Shown piece after piece: positions 53,958 through 64,000 of a DNA stretch of 64,000 nucleotides. The notes under the pieces were generated by a model. The model was given only the letters and a program-made list of their open reading frames with translations. It was not told the origin of the DNA and did no database searches. How positions within the stretch are numbered: position 1 is the first letter of the stretch; each line of letters starts with the position of its first letter. The translations under genes were made by a program, and so were the position numbers. This DNA comes from an uncultured Planctomycetaceae bacterium. Lineage in GTDB: Bacteria; Planctomycetota; Planctomycetia; Isosphaerales; Isosphaeraceae. The stretch spans positions 5,344,001-5,408,000 of the forward strand of contig CAWIAD010000002.1 of NCBI GenBank assembly GCA_963833985.1, read 5' to 3'.

Positions 53958-54464
53958 ATGATGACCGAGCCATCCGCAGAGTCACCACGTCCTGGCGCGC
54001 CGGCGCCCCATTCCCCTTCCATTCCGCCGCGGCGCGGGCAGGCAGATCGCCGGCGTGTGCCCACCCGGCCCCTCGACGCGTTCCGGCTTGCCGGCCGGCG
54101 CGGGCACGTGCGCCGCCAGGCGGAGCGGACAGGCGCCTACTTCACCGACCGCTGGGGCGTCTGCACCTTGCTGCTCATTGTCCTGGTGCTGGTGCTTTCC
54201 CTGGCCGACGGCATGCTCACCATCGAGCTTCTGGACCGGAGCGCTGTGGAGCTCAACCCCTTCATGCGGTTCTTGCTGGAGCGGGGCCACCAGCCGTTCC
54301 TGATGGGCAAGTACCTGATCACGGCCGCGGGCCTGCCGTTCCTGGTCGTCTACCAGAACTGGCCGCTCTTCGGCACCCGGTTTCGGGCCGGTTTCTTGCT
54401 GCCGATCTTCGTGGGGCTCTATCTCGGGCTCTTGACCTACCAGGTGCGGCTGCTGGGCTCTTGA
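53958..54464 (+). CDS. DUF5658-like membrane protein
   Basis: DRRR..T, RRQAE...TDR and LSLADGMLT...ELNPFM. Confidence 0.75.
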   Translation: MMTEPSAESPRPGAPAPHSPSIPPRRGQADRRRVPTRPLDAFRLAGRRGHVRRQAERTGAYFTDRWGVCTLLLIVLVLVLSLADGMLTIELLDRSAVELNPFMRFLLERGHQPFLMGKYLITAAGLPFLVVYQNWPLFGTRFRAGFLLPIFVGLYLGLLTYQVRLLGS

Positions 54465-54699
54465 ACCGACGCGGCGATCGTCGCTGGATTCCTGAACCGG
54501 GAGAGCATCCGCTGGCCATCGGGCCGCACCGGCCGATTCACCCCGGAGAATGGCAGGCAACTGGTGAACCGACCGGGTCTCAGACCGTGGATACGGCCCG
54601 CCGTGAACCTGGCAGCCGACCAGTGGATCCGCGACCTGGCGGACGAACTGGGCGTGGGCTTCCGCCGAATCAAAGATCGGTTGGCGAGGGGCTCTCTCC

Positions 54700-54975
54700 A
54701 TGCCCGACGAGTCGTCAGCCGGAAGCATCTGGTCGTCCGGGCTGATGCGGAGCAGCGCGATCGACCCCGTCCGGGTGTTGATGGAGGCCTGTGCGGCAGA
54801 GTGGCAGCGGCTGGCCGCGTGGCATGCCGATCTCGCGGAGAAATACCGTCACGCCGCGCAGCGACCGTGGGAGACGTTGCCGCTGGGCCCACGTCCGCCA
54901 CTCCACTCCGTCCCGCTGGCTGAAAGGTTCCCGCGTGAGGCGGAGGAACTCCAACGCCTCGAGCGAGGCCAATGA
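54700..54975 (+). CDS. Hypothetical protein fragment with planctomycete H..L..KY..AA..PW motif
   Basis: AWHADLAEKYRHAAQRPWETLP; 5' part is probably frameshifted or degraded. Confidence 0.4.
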   Translation: MPDESSAGSIWSSGLMRSSAIDPVRVLMEACAAEWQRLAAWHADLAEKYRHAAQRPWETLPLGPRPPLHSVPLAERFPREAEELQRLERGQ

Positions 54976-55059
54976 ACGGCGTAAGGCCTGAAGTGCTATT
55001 GAAACCTCACGCTCAGGCTTCGGCGCGGTAGGAAAGCGTACCGGTTCGCCCGAAGGCAT

Positions 55060-55230
55060 CTGAGCGCCTCCGAGCGAGCGACGTTGCGGCGGATCACCCG
55101 CGGTCGGCCGCATCTCAGCCGCCTGCGCAAGCTGATGGACGAGGCCTACCGGCTGTTCAATCGCTGGTGCCGGATGGCCATGGCACTCGCCAGGCTGGCA
55201 GCGCTGCGCCGCCGGAACGGCGCAACCGCT
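55060..55230 (+). pseudogene. Possible transposase remnant
   Basis: LRRITRGRPHL..LRKLMDEAYRLFNRWCR...ALARLAALRR resembles planctomycete transposase C-termini (by recollection). Confidence 0.35.
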
Positions 55231-55496
55231 GAGTGTTCCGACTCATGTCCATGCCATCACCGTGTTTCGGCGCTGGCGTTCTTGCGAGGGAATCGGCTGA
55301 GTTCGCCTCGGGGTCGTCCGAGCCCCTGGAAGCCGGGTGCATGATGACGAGCGGCTGGCGCACCCGGCAAAGACGTTGGCACCGACGGTTGACTTCCTTT
55401 TTCTTGACTTGTACTATTGCAGTAGAACAATAGGCGATTTTTGTTCACTTCAGACTTGATCTCGAATCGTGAAAAGTTCTGGGGGGCTTCGCAACC

Positions 55497-57165
55497 ATGT
55501 CTTCCCTGACCATCGAGGATCCGGCCTTCGCCCGACGATCCGACCTGGACGCCCTGCGGGCCTTCGCCATGCTGCTGGGGATCGTCCTGCACGCCTCCAT
55601 GTCGTTCATTCCGTCGTTCTGGGTGGTCACGGATCGCCAGGTGAATCCCGCTTTTGGGATCGTCTTCCACGCGATCCACGGCTTCCGGATGCCGCTCTTC
55701 TTTGTCATGAGCGGCTACTTCAGTGCAATGCTGCTACGCCGCCGAGGTCGTGTGGCGCTGATCAAGCACCGGTTCTTCCGGGTGTTCCTCCCCTTGCTGC
55801 TGGGGATGGTCACCATCGTCCCGGCCACGATGTGGATCTCCGCCGTCGCGATGTCGTCCGCTTCCCGGAAGGCCGGCGGCGCGTCGCCGGCCGGGGAGGA
55901 GTCGGACATCTGGGCGGCCGCGGATGTGGGAGACCTCAGCGCCATCGAGCGGCACCTGGCGAATGGGGCGGCGGTCAACGGCTCGGGCGGCAAATTCGAC
56001 TCAACTCCGTTGCACCGGGCGGCGGTGGCGGGTCGCGCGGAGGCCGTGGAGCTGCTCATCCGCCGCGGCGCGGAGGTGAACACCGGCGATCGGGACGGCA
56101 GCACGGCCCTGCACGCGGCGGCCTTCCTGGGCCACGAAAAGACCGTCCACGTGCTCGTTCAGAACGGCGCGGACGTCAACGCGATGAACACCCGCGGTGA
56201 GACGCCGCTGGGTGTCGCGACCATTGACGAGGGGACGACACGTCTCTTCGCCTCGGTGTTGAAGATCAAGCTCGATGAGGAGGGGCTGGGGAGCCGTAAG
56301 GCCGCAATCGCGGAGTACCTGCGCCAGCATGGCGCGACGGCGGGGAAAACGTCGGGCGTGGCGGACATGCTGATGCAGATGCCGCTCTTCAGCCACCTCT
56401 GGTTCCTCTGGTTCCTCTGGTGGTTGGTGCTCGGGCTGGCGGCTGTCTCTGCCCTGGGCGCGCGATTGCCGTCGATCCGGCTGCCCGCGTGGCTGGTCGT
56501 CTCGCCCACCCGCTACCTCTGGCTGGTCCCCCTGACGATGATTCCCCAGTGGTTCATGGGTGCCGGGGACGCTTGCCTGCCCTTCGGGCCGGACGGCTCC
56601 GCCGGCCCGCTGCCGATCCCGCACGTCCTGGGGTACTACGTAATCTTCTTTGGCTTCGGGGCGCTTTTTTTTGGGTTCGACGACCGGTACGGTCGCGTCG
56701 GCGAGCGCTGGTGGCTGCCGCTTTCGCTCGCACTTCTGGTTGTTTTCCCGCTGGGGATGGTCCTCATGCAGGGATGGCCCGGACCTCTGGGCGTCAGGCC
56801 CGACCCGCTACCGCTCCGGGTCCTTGCCGTTTTCTTGCAGGCGGCCTACCCCTGGCTCATGACGTTCGGCCTCATGGGGTTGTTCCGGCGGTTCTGGCCG
56901 GCCGAGAGCCCGACGATGCGTTACCTGTCGGACTCGGCCTACTGGCTTTACCTTGCACATCTGCCGCTGATCATCGCGGGCCAGTACGTCGTGCGGGACT
57001 GGCCCTTGCCGGCCCTCGCGAAGTTCCTGATCATCGGCGCGGTCGTGACCTCCTTCCTGTTGTGGTCGTACCAGAACCTGGTGCGCTGACACCTGGCTCG
57101 GGCGCTTCCTGAACGGGCCGCGTGTCCGGCCCGCGCGGGCCGGTGCGCCCGCGGTCGTCGTATGA
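55497..57165 (+). CDS. Acyltransferase 3 (OpgC/MdoC-like) with inserted ankyrin repeats (frameshift near 57087)
   Basis: DLDALRAFAMLLG, HGFRMPLFF, HLWFLWFL and YLSDSAYWLYLAH; ankyrin TPLH/TALH/TPL units. Confidence 0.88.
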
Positions 57166-57394
57166 GCATGAGGTGTGGCCGCGCCGAGGCTTCCCAGGCT
57201 CATTGCCCTCGCCTTGATGGGGTCGAATCCCTGATGCGAGTGGTTCGCGCCGGCGGCGATCTCGAACCGCGTCGGGCCGGTACGCCCAAGGGTGGTCCAT
57301 TCGAATATCGTCATCCCAGCCGCACCAGGATCGCGACCCTGAATTCCAGATATCCGCTTGCATTCGACCCACGAAATCGGGTTGTGTTCCCCGT

Positions 57395-58254
57395 TCATCC
57401 TCCCGCGGGTCCACTGGCGCTGGTCAGGCCGTGAGTCAGCTTCTGGATGGCCTGGTTCTCGAGCTGGCGCACCCGCTCACGCGTGAGCCCCAGGTTCTCG
57501 CCCACCTCGCGCAGGGTCATGGGGGCAAAGGGCTCCAGGCCGAAGCGCATGCGGATCACCGCGGCTTCGCGCTCTTCCAGATCGTCCAGGCGTCCGAAGA
57601 TGCGATCGAGGTCGTCGGCCTCGATCATGATTTGCTCGGGTGCCTTGCTGCGGTCGTCGGTGAGCACGTCGTCCAGCATGGTGCCCTCGTCCTCGCCGCC
57701 GTCCGGATGAGGGATCAGGTTATTCACGCGGATGGCCTTGGCCACGATGCCGATCTTCTTCTTCGACAGCCGCAGCGCCTTGCCCACCTCTTCGGGCGTG
57801 GGAGCGCGGCCCAGGCGGTCGGTCAGGATCGACGAGGCGCGCTTCCATTTGGAGAGCAGGCTGACCATGTAGGCCGGCAGCCGGATGGGCTTGCCGTTGT
57901 TCATCACGGCGCGGCGGATTGATTGCTTGATCCAGTAACTGGCGTAGGTGCTGAAGCGCGTGTCCATCATGCCGTCGAAGCCCTCCACGGCACGCATGAG
58001 ACCGAGATTTCCCTCCTCGATCAGGTCTTCCAGGCTCAGTCCCTTGCCCAGGTACCCGCGGCGATGTTAACCACCAGGCGCAGGTTCGCCTTGACCATAT
58101 GCTCACGGGCGTAGGGGTCGCCGGCGGCAACCCGCTCGGCCAGCTCGCGCTCCTCTTCAGGCGAGAGCAGGGGCGTGTCATTGATGTCGTGCAGATAGAT
58201 CTGCAAGGGGGAGGCCGCGTTCAGCTCGCGGCGGTCGGCTCGATGGGAAATCAT
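57395..58254 (-). CDS. Sigma-70 family sigma factor (RpoD/RpoS-like, lacks region 1.1; frameshift near 58058)
   Basis: LQIYLHDI, MVKANLRLVV, RFSTYASYWIKQSI and TLREVG...TRERVRQLE. Confidence 0.92.
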
Positions 58255-58561
58255 GAAGGGTCGCTCCTGGTGCTTCGAGCTTTTTGCGCTGCCTGGCACG
58301 AGCGCGGCGATCGTGGCGGCAGTGTGCCATGAGTAACCTAGAACACCGCTCCATGATGTCAATTCAGGCGACAGTTCCGCTCATCGTCGGGGCCGGGACC
58401 GGCCGATGAACGTTGTAGTGGCTTCAGCGCGGGCTGTGCGGGCGTGCGAGTCTTCTCCGCCCCGGCTCGTCGCGGCCGCCTGGTTCCTGGAGGGACCTCC
58501 AGGCGGTTCCTGGCCCAGGTTGGATCACCCGGGCCATTCGGGGAACGGAAAGGATGCGGTC

Positions 58562-58969
58562 ATGGCAAGGATTCGAGAGGCGCTGCTGGCCGTGGCGGTC
58601 CTGGCAGGGGGTGCCGGCTGCGCCACGTTTTGTGATGAGTGCGACAACTTTCCCATCCCGGGCGGCCCACAACACTTCGAGATGATGCCCGGCTCGTACA
58701 CGGGCCCGCCGGTGAATGCCGCACCCGACCTTGGCCCCGGCGGATCGCCCGCGCCGGCGGAGGCCGCGCCGTCTCTCCCCACGCCGCCCAGTCCAGGCGC
58801 GGGCGCGGGAGAAAGCGAACCCGCGCCGGAGGCCGCGCGTTCTGTCCCCACGCCGCCGGCACAACCGCCGGCATCGGCCCCCGCGCCGGAGGCCGTACCG
58901 GCTGCTCCAGGCCCCGCGGCAGCCGCGCCCGAAACGATCCAGCCGTTCAATTCACCAGCCCCGCGCTGA
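58562..58969 (+). CDS. Pro/Ala-rich lipoprotein
   Basis: Lipobox-like GAGC followed by CDEC. Confidence 0.65.
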   Translation: MARIREALLAVAVLAGGAGCATFCDECDNFPIPGGPQHFEMMPGSYTGPPVNAAPDLGPGGSPAPAEAAPSLPTPPSPGAGAGESEPAPEAARSVPTPPAQPPASAPAPEAVPAAPGPAAAAPETIQPFNSPAPR

Positions 58970-59031
58970 GTGCGCTGGTGCGACTCGACTCCACAGTCCG
59001 ACCAACCCCCAGCCTTTTCAGGAGCTTGACG

Positions 59032-59217
59032 ATGGCGAGGATCGCTCTCGGGCTGCTCTCGGTAGCCCTCTTGCTGGGCACTTCCGGCTGTACGTGGACG
59101 CAGACGCGCCGCGATTACCCGCCGGACGTGCGTACGTACCATCCACAGGGCCAGCCGCAGCCCTCGGTGCCGATGCAGCCCATGGTGCAGCCGCAGCCCC
59201 CGGTGACGATGCAATAG
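59032..59217 (+). CDS. Small lipoprotein
   Basis: AGGAG RBS; MARIALGLLSVALLLGTSGC lipobox. Confidence 0.65.
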   Translation: MARIALGLLSVALLLGTSGCTWTQTRRDYPPDVRTYHPQGQPQPSVPMQPMVQPQPPVTMQ

Positions 59218-59251
59218 GGGCCGCACACCTGGGCGCACCGGTGCAGGGCCG

Positions 59252-60241
59252 TCAGAACTGGTCGGCGGAGAGGACCTCGCCGCCGGCCTTGGTGGCGATG
59301 GCCTGGAAGATGGTGAAGCCCACCAGCTCCTTTATGAACCGGACGCTGCCGTCGGCGAACAGGAAGTTGGCGCCGCCGGGATGCAGCGACCAGAACTGGT
59401 CGCCGTGGGCCAGGCCGGAGGGGGAGTTCGGCCCGTGGCCCTCGCCCGTGTGCGAGAGGATCAAGGCGCCGCCGCCCTCGGGGTCGAGCCCCGCTTCCGC
59501 CTGGAGCGCAATCAGCGGCACCGCGGCGTTGGTGACCGCGCCGGTCCAGGTGGCGCGCGACAGGTTCTGGCTCCGCTCGCCCACGGCAATGGTCTGGCTG
59601 GTGCCGTCCGTGATCTGCGCGATCCTCACCGAGCGGTTGCGGAAGAACAGGCCGTTGCCGTTGTCGCGGCCGGGCGGGCCGTTGTCGGAGTCGATGATAT
59701 AGGGATAGAGGCTGGACGGATCGCCGCTGCCCACCGCGCCCACGTAGTTCGACGACGCCACGGTGCAGATCGGCGCGCCGGCAGAGGTACTGGACGTCGT
59801 GGAATCGACCACGGTGAACGTGTCTTGCCGCCAGGCATCCGACGGGCAGAGAAAACTGCTGATCAGGGTCACCCGGGCCGTCTGGTTGGCCGGGTAATCG
59901 ATGCCCAGAACGAAGTTGATGCTGCCGTAAATGGGCGATGCCTCCATCTGGGCCAGCACGAACGAGGCCCAGCCCCAGCCCGGACCGTCGTTGTCGTAGG
60001 TCACCGGGTCCATGATCGAGAGGTAGCCTGGAGGAAAGCCGCTCAGGGCGTCGTGATAGTTGTGCAGGGCGATGCCGATCTGTTTCAGGTTGTTCAGGCA
60101 CTGGGCGCGGCGGGCCGCCTCGCGGGCGGATTGCACGGCCGGCAGCAAAAGGGCGATCAGTACCGCGATGATGGCGATGACGACAAGAAGCTCGATGAGC
60201 GTGAAGGCGCGACGGCGCGGCATCTTGAGGATGACCTCCAT
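59252..60241 (-). CDS. DUF1559 prepilin-type protein
   Basis: [38 protein letters not shown] and [12 protein letters not shown]. Confidence 0.95.
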   Translation of the reverse strand: MEVILKMPRRRAFTLIELLVVIAIIAVLIALLLPAVQSAREAARRAQCLNNLKQIGIALHNYHDALSGFPPGYLSIMDPVTYDNDGPGWGWASFVLAQMEASPIYGSINFVLGIDYPANQTARVTLISSFLCPSDAWRQDTFTVVDSTTSSTSAGAPICTVASSNYVGAVGSGDPSSLYPYIIDSDNGPPGRDNGNGLFFRNRSVRIAQITDGTSQTIAVGERSQNLSRATWTGAVTNAAVPLIALQAEAGLDPEGGGALILSHTGEGHGPNSPSGLAHGDQFWSLHPGGANFLFADGSVRFIKELVGFTIFQAIATKAGGEVLSADQF

Positions 60242-60381
60242 TCAGAGGGGTGTGTGAACCGGGGCGCAAGCGGGCGATGCACGGCGGCGCAACGCGCCGG
60301 GGCAACCCGCGATCAGGCGAGTGATGAGACAGCCGGGGTGAGCAAGGGTGCGTTGCGTTGCCTACCCTTGCTCTGCACTGC

Positions 60382-60852
60382 TCAGATCAAGGCCTGCCGC
60401 CAGGGAGGTCGGGAAATGCGCTCGGGCCGCCGCTGTGGACGGCCACAAGGTGAATGCGGAGGGAGGGAGTTGATCAGGGGGGCGAGGCAACGAGCATCCC
60501 GCTGGGCCCACGCGACGGTATCATGCAGTCGCGGCCCGGCGCGGGACGGGAGACCCGGACCGCCGCAGGGCGCGTCCTCGAGGCACGGCCCAGGGGAAGC
60601 GGAGGTTGTGCCGGAGCGTCGCGGCGGTGTGGCCTGGCGCGGGGCCGGGTGCTCCGTGTCGCTGGCCCGGCCGCAGCAGCAGGCCGAATGCCGGCATCGC
60701 GACCCGCACTTGCAGACCAGGGAGTGCGCCTCGGCGTCGAAGGCTGGCGATGAGTCCGACCCGGCCAAGGCGGCTTGGGACGGCCACACGAGGCCGAGCA
60801 CCAGCACCAGCCAGCCGGCCTTCGGTCCAGGATGATGACGCGTCATGCTCAT
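60382..60852 (-). CDS. Cys-rich secreted hypothetical protein
   Basis: Signal peptide, CKCGSRC..ACCC and C-terminal RPP motif. Confidence 0.5.
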   Translation of the reverse strand: MSMTRHHPGPKAGWLVLVLGLVWPSQAALAGSDSSPAFDAEAHSLVCKCGSRCRHSACCCGRASDTEHPAPRQATPPRRSGTTSASPGPCLEDAPCGGPGLPSRAGPRLHDTVAWAQRDARCLAPLINSLPPHSPCGRPQRRPERISRPPWRQALI

Positions 60853-61105
60853 GGGTTGGCAAGTCAGCGGGTCAGGTCGGGGCAGGTCGGGTCAGGCCGG
60901 TCGATGGTACCCCAGCGGCGAAAACCGCACGCGAGGCGGATCGAAACAAACAGTATAATCACCACCTGAGCCGGAACCAGCGAAATCGATTATGAATTTT
61001 TGCTTGGGTGGAAACCGCTTCGCCGGTTGACGGCGGTCGCGTCTCTGCTGGAGAATCAGGGCGCGTGGGAGTATCCGCCAAGGGAGTCCTGTCGAGAAAC
61101 CTTCG

Positions 61106-61453
61106 ATGAAACTGATCATCGCGATCATCCAGCCCACCAAGCTGGAGGCGGTCAAGGAAGCTCTGTCCAGGGTCGAGGTGTTCCGTCTGACCGTGATGGA
61201 CGTGCAGGGCTTTGGCCGGCAGAAGGGCTACACCGAGGTCTACCGCGGCCACGAGGTCACGGTGAACCTGCTGCGCAAGATCGAGCTCCAGATCGCGGTC
61301 AACGAGGACTTTGTCGAGCCGACGGTGAACGCCATCCTGGAAGCCGGACGGAGCGGGCCCGACGGCAAGATTGGCGACGGCAAGATCTTCATCATGCCGC
61401 TCGACGATTGCATCCGCATCCGCACCGGCGAACGCGGCCCCGAGGCGATCTGA
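61106..61453 (+). CDS. glnB: P-II family nitrogen regulator
   Basis: GFGRQKG, YRG and GKIGDGKIF...IRIRTGE; glnB versus glnK cannot be resolved. Confidence 0.9.
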   Translation: MKLIIAIIQPTKLEAVKEALSRVEVFRLTVMDVQGFGRQKGYTEVYRGHEVTVNLLRKIELQIAVNEDFVEPTVNAILEAGRSGPDGKIGDGKIFIMPLDDCIRIRTGERGPEAI

Positions 61454-62541
61454 TGACCGAGCCAGAAGGCCTGATCCGGGCCGTGATCTTCGACTTCAAC
61501 GGCGTGCTGGTGGACGATGAGGACGTCCACTTCGAGCTCTTTCGCGAGGTGCTGGCCAGCGAGGGCGTGGCGATCACCGACCAGGATTACCACGAACGCT
61601 ACCTGGGCTATGACGACCGCGGCTGCTTCGCGGCAGCCCTGGAGGACGCCGGGCAAGCGTTCGATGGGGCCCGGCTGGATGCGCTCATCGCCCGCAAGGC
61701 AAGGCGTTACGTGCAGGTGGCCGATGCCGGCTTGCGGTTCTTCCCGCACGCAGCCGAGGCACTCGCCGCCATCGCCGGGCGCTGGCCCGTCGCCATCTGC
61801 TCCGGTGCGCTGCGGTCGGAGATCGAGTACGCCCTCGACCGCCTGGACCGCCGCGGCCAGGTGGCCGCCATCATCGCCGCCGAGGATGCCCACGCCTGCA
61901 AGCCCGACCCGGCCGGCTACCTCCAGGCCCTGCACGCGCTGCGCGAGCACGCGCGGGTTCCCCCCGGCAGCGTGCTGGAGGCGGGCGCCTGCCTGGTGAT
62001 CGAGGACAGCCTGGCGGGCATCATCTCGGCCAGGGGGGCGGGCATGCACGCCGTGGGCATCAGCCACACCTACACCCCCGCGAAGCTGCGCGAAGCCGGG
62101 GCCGAACGCATCATCGACGGCCTGCAATCCTTGACTCCCGCGTGGATCGATACGGAGTTCCGGCGCACTCCCGGCGCGGCTGGAGCGATGGGCATCCTCC
62201 TGAGCCGCGATCTGATCTTCACATCCAAGATCACCGGCACGGCGCGGGCCATGGGCCAGCGCGTGCTCGTGGCCGGTACTCCGTCGCAGGCGCTGGCGAT
62301 GATCGCGCAGTGGCAGCCCCGCGTGGTCTTCGTGGACCTATCCGGCGGCGATCTGGCGGCCCCCGAGGCCCTGCTGGCCTACCAGCAACAGGCGCAGCCC
62401 ACGACCGCCTTCGTGGCCTTCGGGTCCCACGTGGACACCCAGGCGCTGGAGAGTGCCCGCGCCGCCGGCTGCGACCCGGTCTTGCCCCGCAGCAAGTTCA
62501 CGGCCGAGCTGCCCGAGCTGATCACGCGCTATCTTGGCTGA
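61453..62541 (+). CDS. HAD-family phosphatase fused to a receiver-like domain
   Basis: FDFNGVLVD, KPDPAGY and IEDS; C-terminal DLIFTSKI...VFVDL...AFGSHV...AGCD. Translationally coupled to P-II. Confidence 0.8.
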   Translation: MTEPEGLIRAVIFDFNGVLVDDEDVHFELFREVLASEGVAITDQDYHERYLGYDDRGCFAAALEDAGQAFDGARLDALIARKARRYVQVADAGLRFFPHAAEALAAIAGRWPVAICSGALRSEIEYALDRLDRRGQVAAIIAAEDAHACKPDPAGYLQALHALREHARVPPGSVLEAGACLVIEDSLAGIISARGAGMHAVGISHTYTPAKLREAGAERIIDGLQSLTPAWIDTEFRRTPGAAGAMGILLSRDLIFTSKITGTARAMGQRVLVAGTPSQALAMIAQWQPRVVFVDLSGGDLAAPEALLAYQQQAQPTTAFVAFGSHVDTQALESARAAGCDPVLPRSKFTAELPELITRYLG

Positions 62542-62592
62542 GGTTGCGGGCGGCTGGAGAGCGGCGGCCCGCTCCAGGTGTGGCGCGGGAGC

Positions 62593-64000
62593 TCATTCTT
62601 CATCGGCCGTGACCGTGAGCGCGGCTTCCAGGCTGGTGAGGCCCTGGCGGACCTTGTCCAGGGCGCTGTCGTAGAGCATCTTCATGCCGTCCTCGCGAGC
62701 GCCCTTGCGAAGCTGATCCAGCGGCACTCGCTTCTGGATCAGGTGCGTGAGGCGGGGGGTGATGCGGATCACCTCGAAGACGCCGAGCCGGCCGCGGTAG
62801 CCGAGCCGCCGGCAGTGCAGGCAGCCCTTGGGGCGATAGAAGACCTCGCCGGGGGTGAGGCCGTGCCGCGCGGCAAGCTCGGCGTCCACCTCGTAGGGCT
62901 CCTTGCACTTCGGGCAGAGCCGGCGGACCAGCCGCTGGGCCTCCAGCACGCGCAGGGTGCAGGACAGCAGGAACGGCTCGATGCCCATGTCTTGCAGCCG
63001 CGTCACGGCCGAAAGGGCGTCGTTGGTGTGAATGGTGGAGAGCACGAAGTGGCCGGTCAACGCGGCTCGCAGGCAGATCTCGGCGGTCTCCTGGTCGCGC
63101 ACCTCGCCCACCATGATGATGTCCGGGTCCTGCCGCAGGAAGGCTCGCAGGGCCGAGGAGAACGTCAGGCCCACCTGGGCCTTCACCATCACCTGGTTCA
63201 TGCCCTTGAACTTGTATTCGACGGGGTCCTCGACGGTGCAGATGTTGTGCCGGGGCTCGTTCAGAAGGTTCAGGCAGGCGTACAGCGTGGTTGATTTACC
63301 GCTGCCCGTCGGCCCGGTCACGAGCGCCAGGCCATGCGGCGAGCGGATCGATTCCAGGAGATCGTTCGATTGTCGCTCGTCGAGGCCCAGCCCGGTCAGG
63401 TTCAGCGGGATGGCGTCCTTGTCAAGAATTCGCATGACCATCTTCTCGCCGTGCACGGTGGGAACCGTGTTCACGCGCAGGTCCACCCGCTTGTCGCCCG
63501 ACCGCAGCGCGATGGCGCCATCCTGCGGAATGCGCTTCTCGGCGATGTCCATTTTGGCCAGCACCTTGAGCCGCGAGAGGATCATGATGAAGACCGCCTT
63601 CGACGGCGAGGGGAGCTCGTGCAGGACGCCGTCGATGCGGAGCCGAAACTTGCAGCCATCCTCGAAGGGCTCCAGGTGGATGTCGCTGGCTCCGTTGCGC
63701 AGCGCCTGCTCGAGGATCTGGTTGACGAGGCGGACGATCCGCCCGTTCTCGTCGTTGGGCGGAGGCGTATCCAGGTTGAGGATGCTCTCATCGAGCTCGC
63801 CCATCTCATCGCCGGTGTCCTGAAACGACTCGCTCCCCTCGCCGATGCCCTTGCTCTCGCGATTGGCGCGGTAGAGCGCGTCGAGGTGTGCTTCCACATA
63901 GGAGAGCGGGGCGATCAGCGGGTTGATGCGCAGGCCGGTGAGGAGCTGGAGCTCATCGACGACGCCCATCGTCTCGGGCGAGACGAAGGCCACGTCGAGC
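62593..64000 (-). CDS. GspE/PilB family ATPase (5' truncated by window end)
   Basis: ASDIHLEP, GPTGSGKSTT, TVEDPVEY, LRQDPD and a Cys4 motif. Confidence 0.93.
   Translation of the reverse strand, partial: LDVAFVSPETMGVVDELQLLTGLRINPLIAPLSYVEAHLDALYRANRESKGIGEGSESFQDTGDEMGELDESILNLDTPPPNDENGRIVRLVNQILEQALRNGASDIHLEPFEDGCKFRLRIDGVLHELPSPSKAVFIMILSRLKVLAKMDIAEKRIPQDGAIALRSGDKRVDLRVNTVPTVHGEKMVMRILDKDAIPLNLTGLGLDERQSNDLLESIRSPHGLALVTGPTGSGKSTTLYACLNLLNEPRHNICTVEDPVEYKFKGMNQVMVKAQVGLTFSSALRAFLRQDPDIIMVGEVRDQETAEICLRAALTGHFVLSTIHTNDALSAVTRLQDMGIEPFLLSCTLRVLEAQRLVRRLCPKCKEPYEVDAELAARHGLTPGEVFYRPKGCLHCRRLGYRGRLGVFEVIRITPRLTHLIQKRVPLDQLRKGAREDGMKMLYDSALDKVRQGLTSLEAALTVTADEE

Overview
High-GC bacterial chromosome segment, almost certainly a planctomycete (Isosphaeraceae-like). 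Support: DUF1501 + DUF1549/1553 + WD40 operon, a DUF1559 prepilin-like protein, LEPR-xLL and PEP-CTERM proteins, and Ser/Thr kinases. At least 14 otherwise intact genes carry single-base frameshifts, most likely long-read assembly errors. Two things stand out. (1) A three-tier nested mobile structure at 24.4-28.4 kb. A dispersed palindromic repeat (GACACGAT-TCCG-ATCGTGTC) is interrupted by a group II intron (24389-28397, minus strand). The intron's reverse-transcriptase gene is itself interrupted, exactly at a GATC in the conserved PQGAPISP motif, by a 2015-bp element with a large serine recombinase and a 66-aa ORF, bounded by perfect 23-bp inverted arms. Removing the element in silico restores an intact 432-aa RT. 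The excised circle is coding almost end to end: the recombinase runs across attP and stops in an ATGA overlap with the small ORF. (2) At 1-6.3 kb, a phage head-packaging operon (HTH/Cys-His regulator, two membrane proteins, TerS, TerL, portal, scaffold, capsid) directly adjoins host genes with no integrase or replication genes on the visible side, so it is a candidate domesticated, GTA-like module. Also present: an ABC-ATPase + TOPRIM (PARIS-like) pair, an IS630, a Fic gene between two ABC half-transporters, a (GATCT)n microsatellite, and housekeeping genes (rsmH, queA, P-II, sigma-70 family, GspE/PilB).
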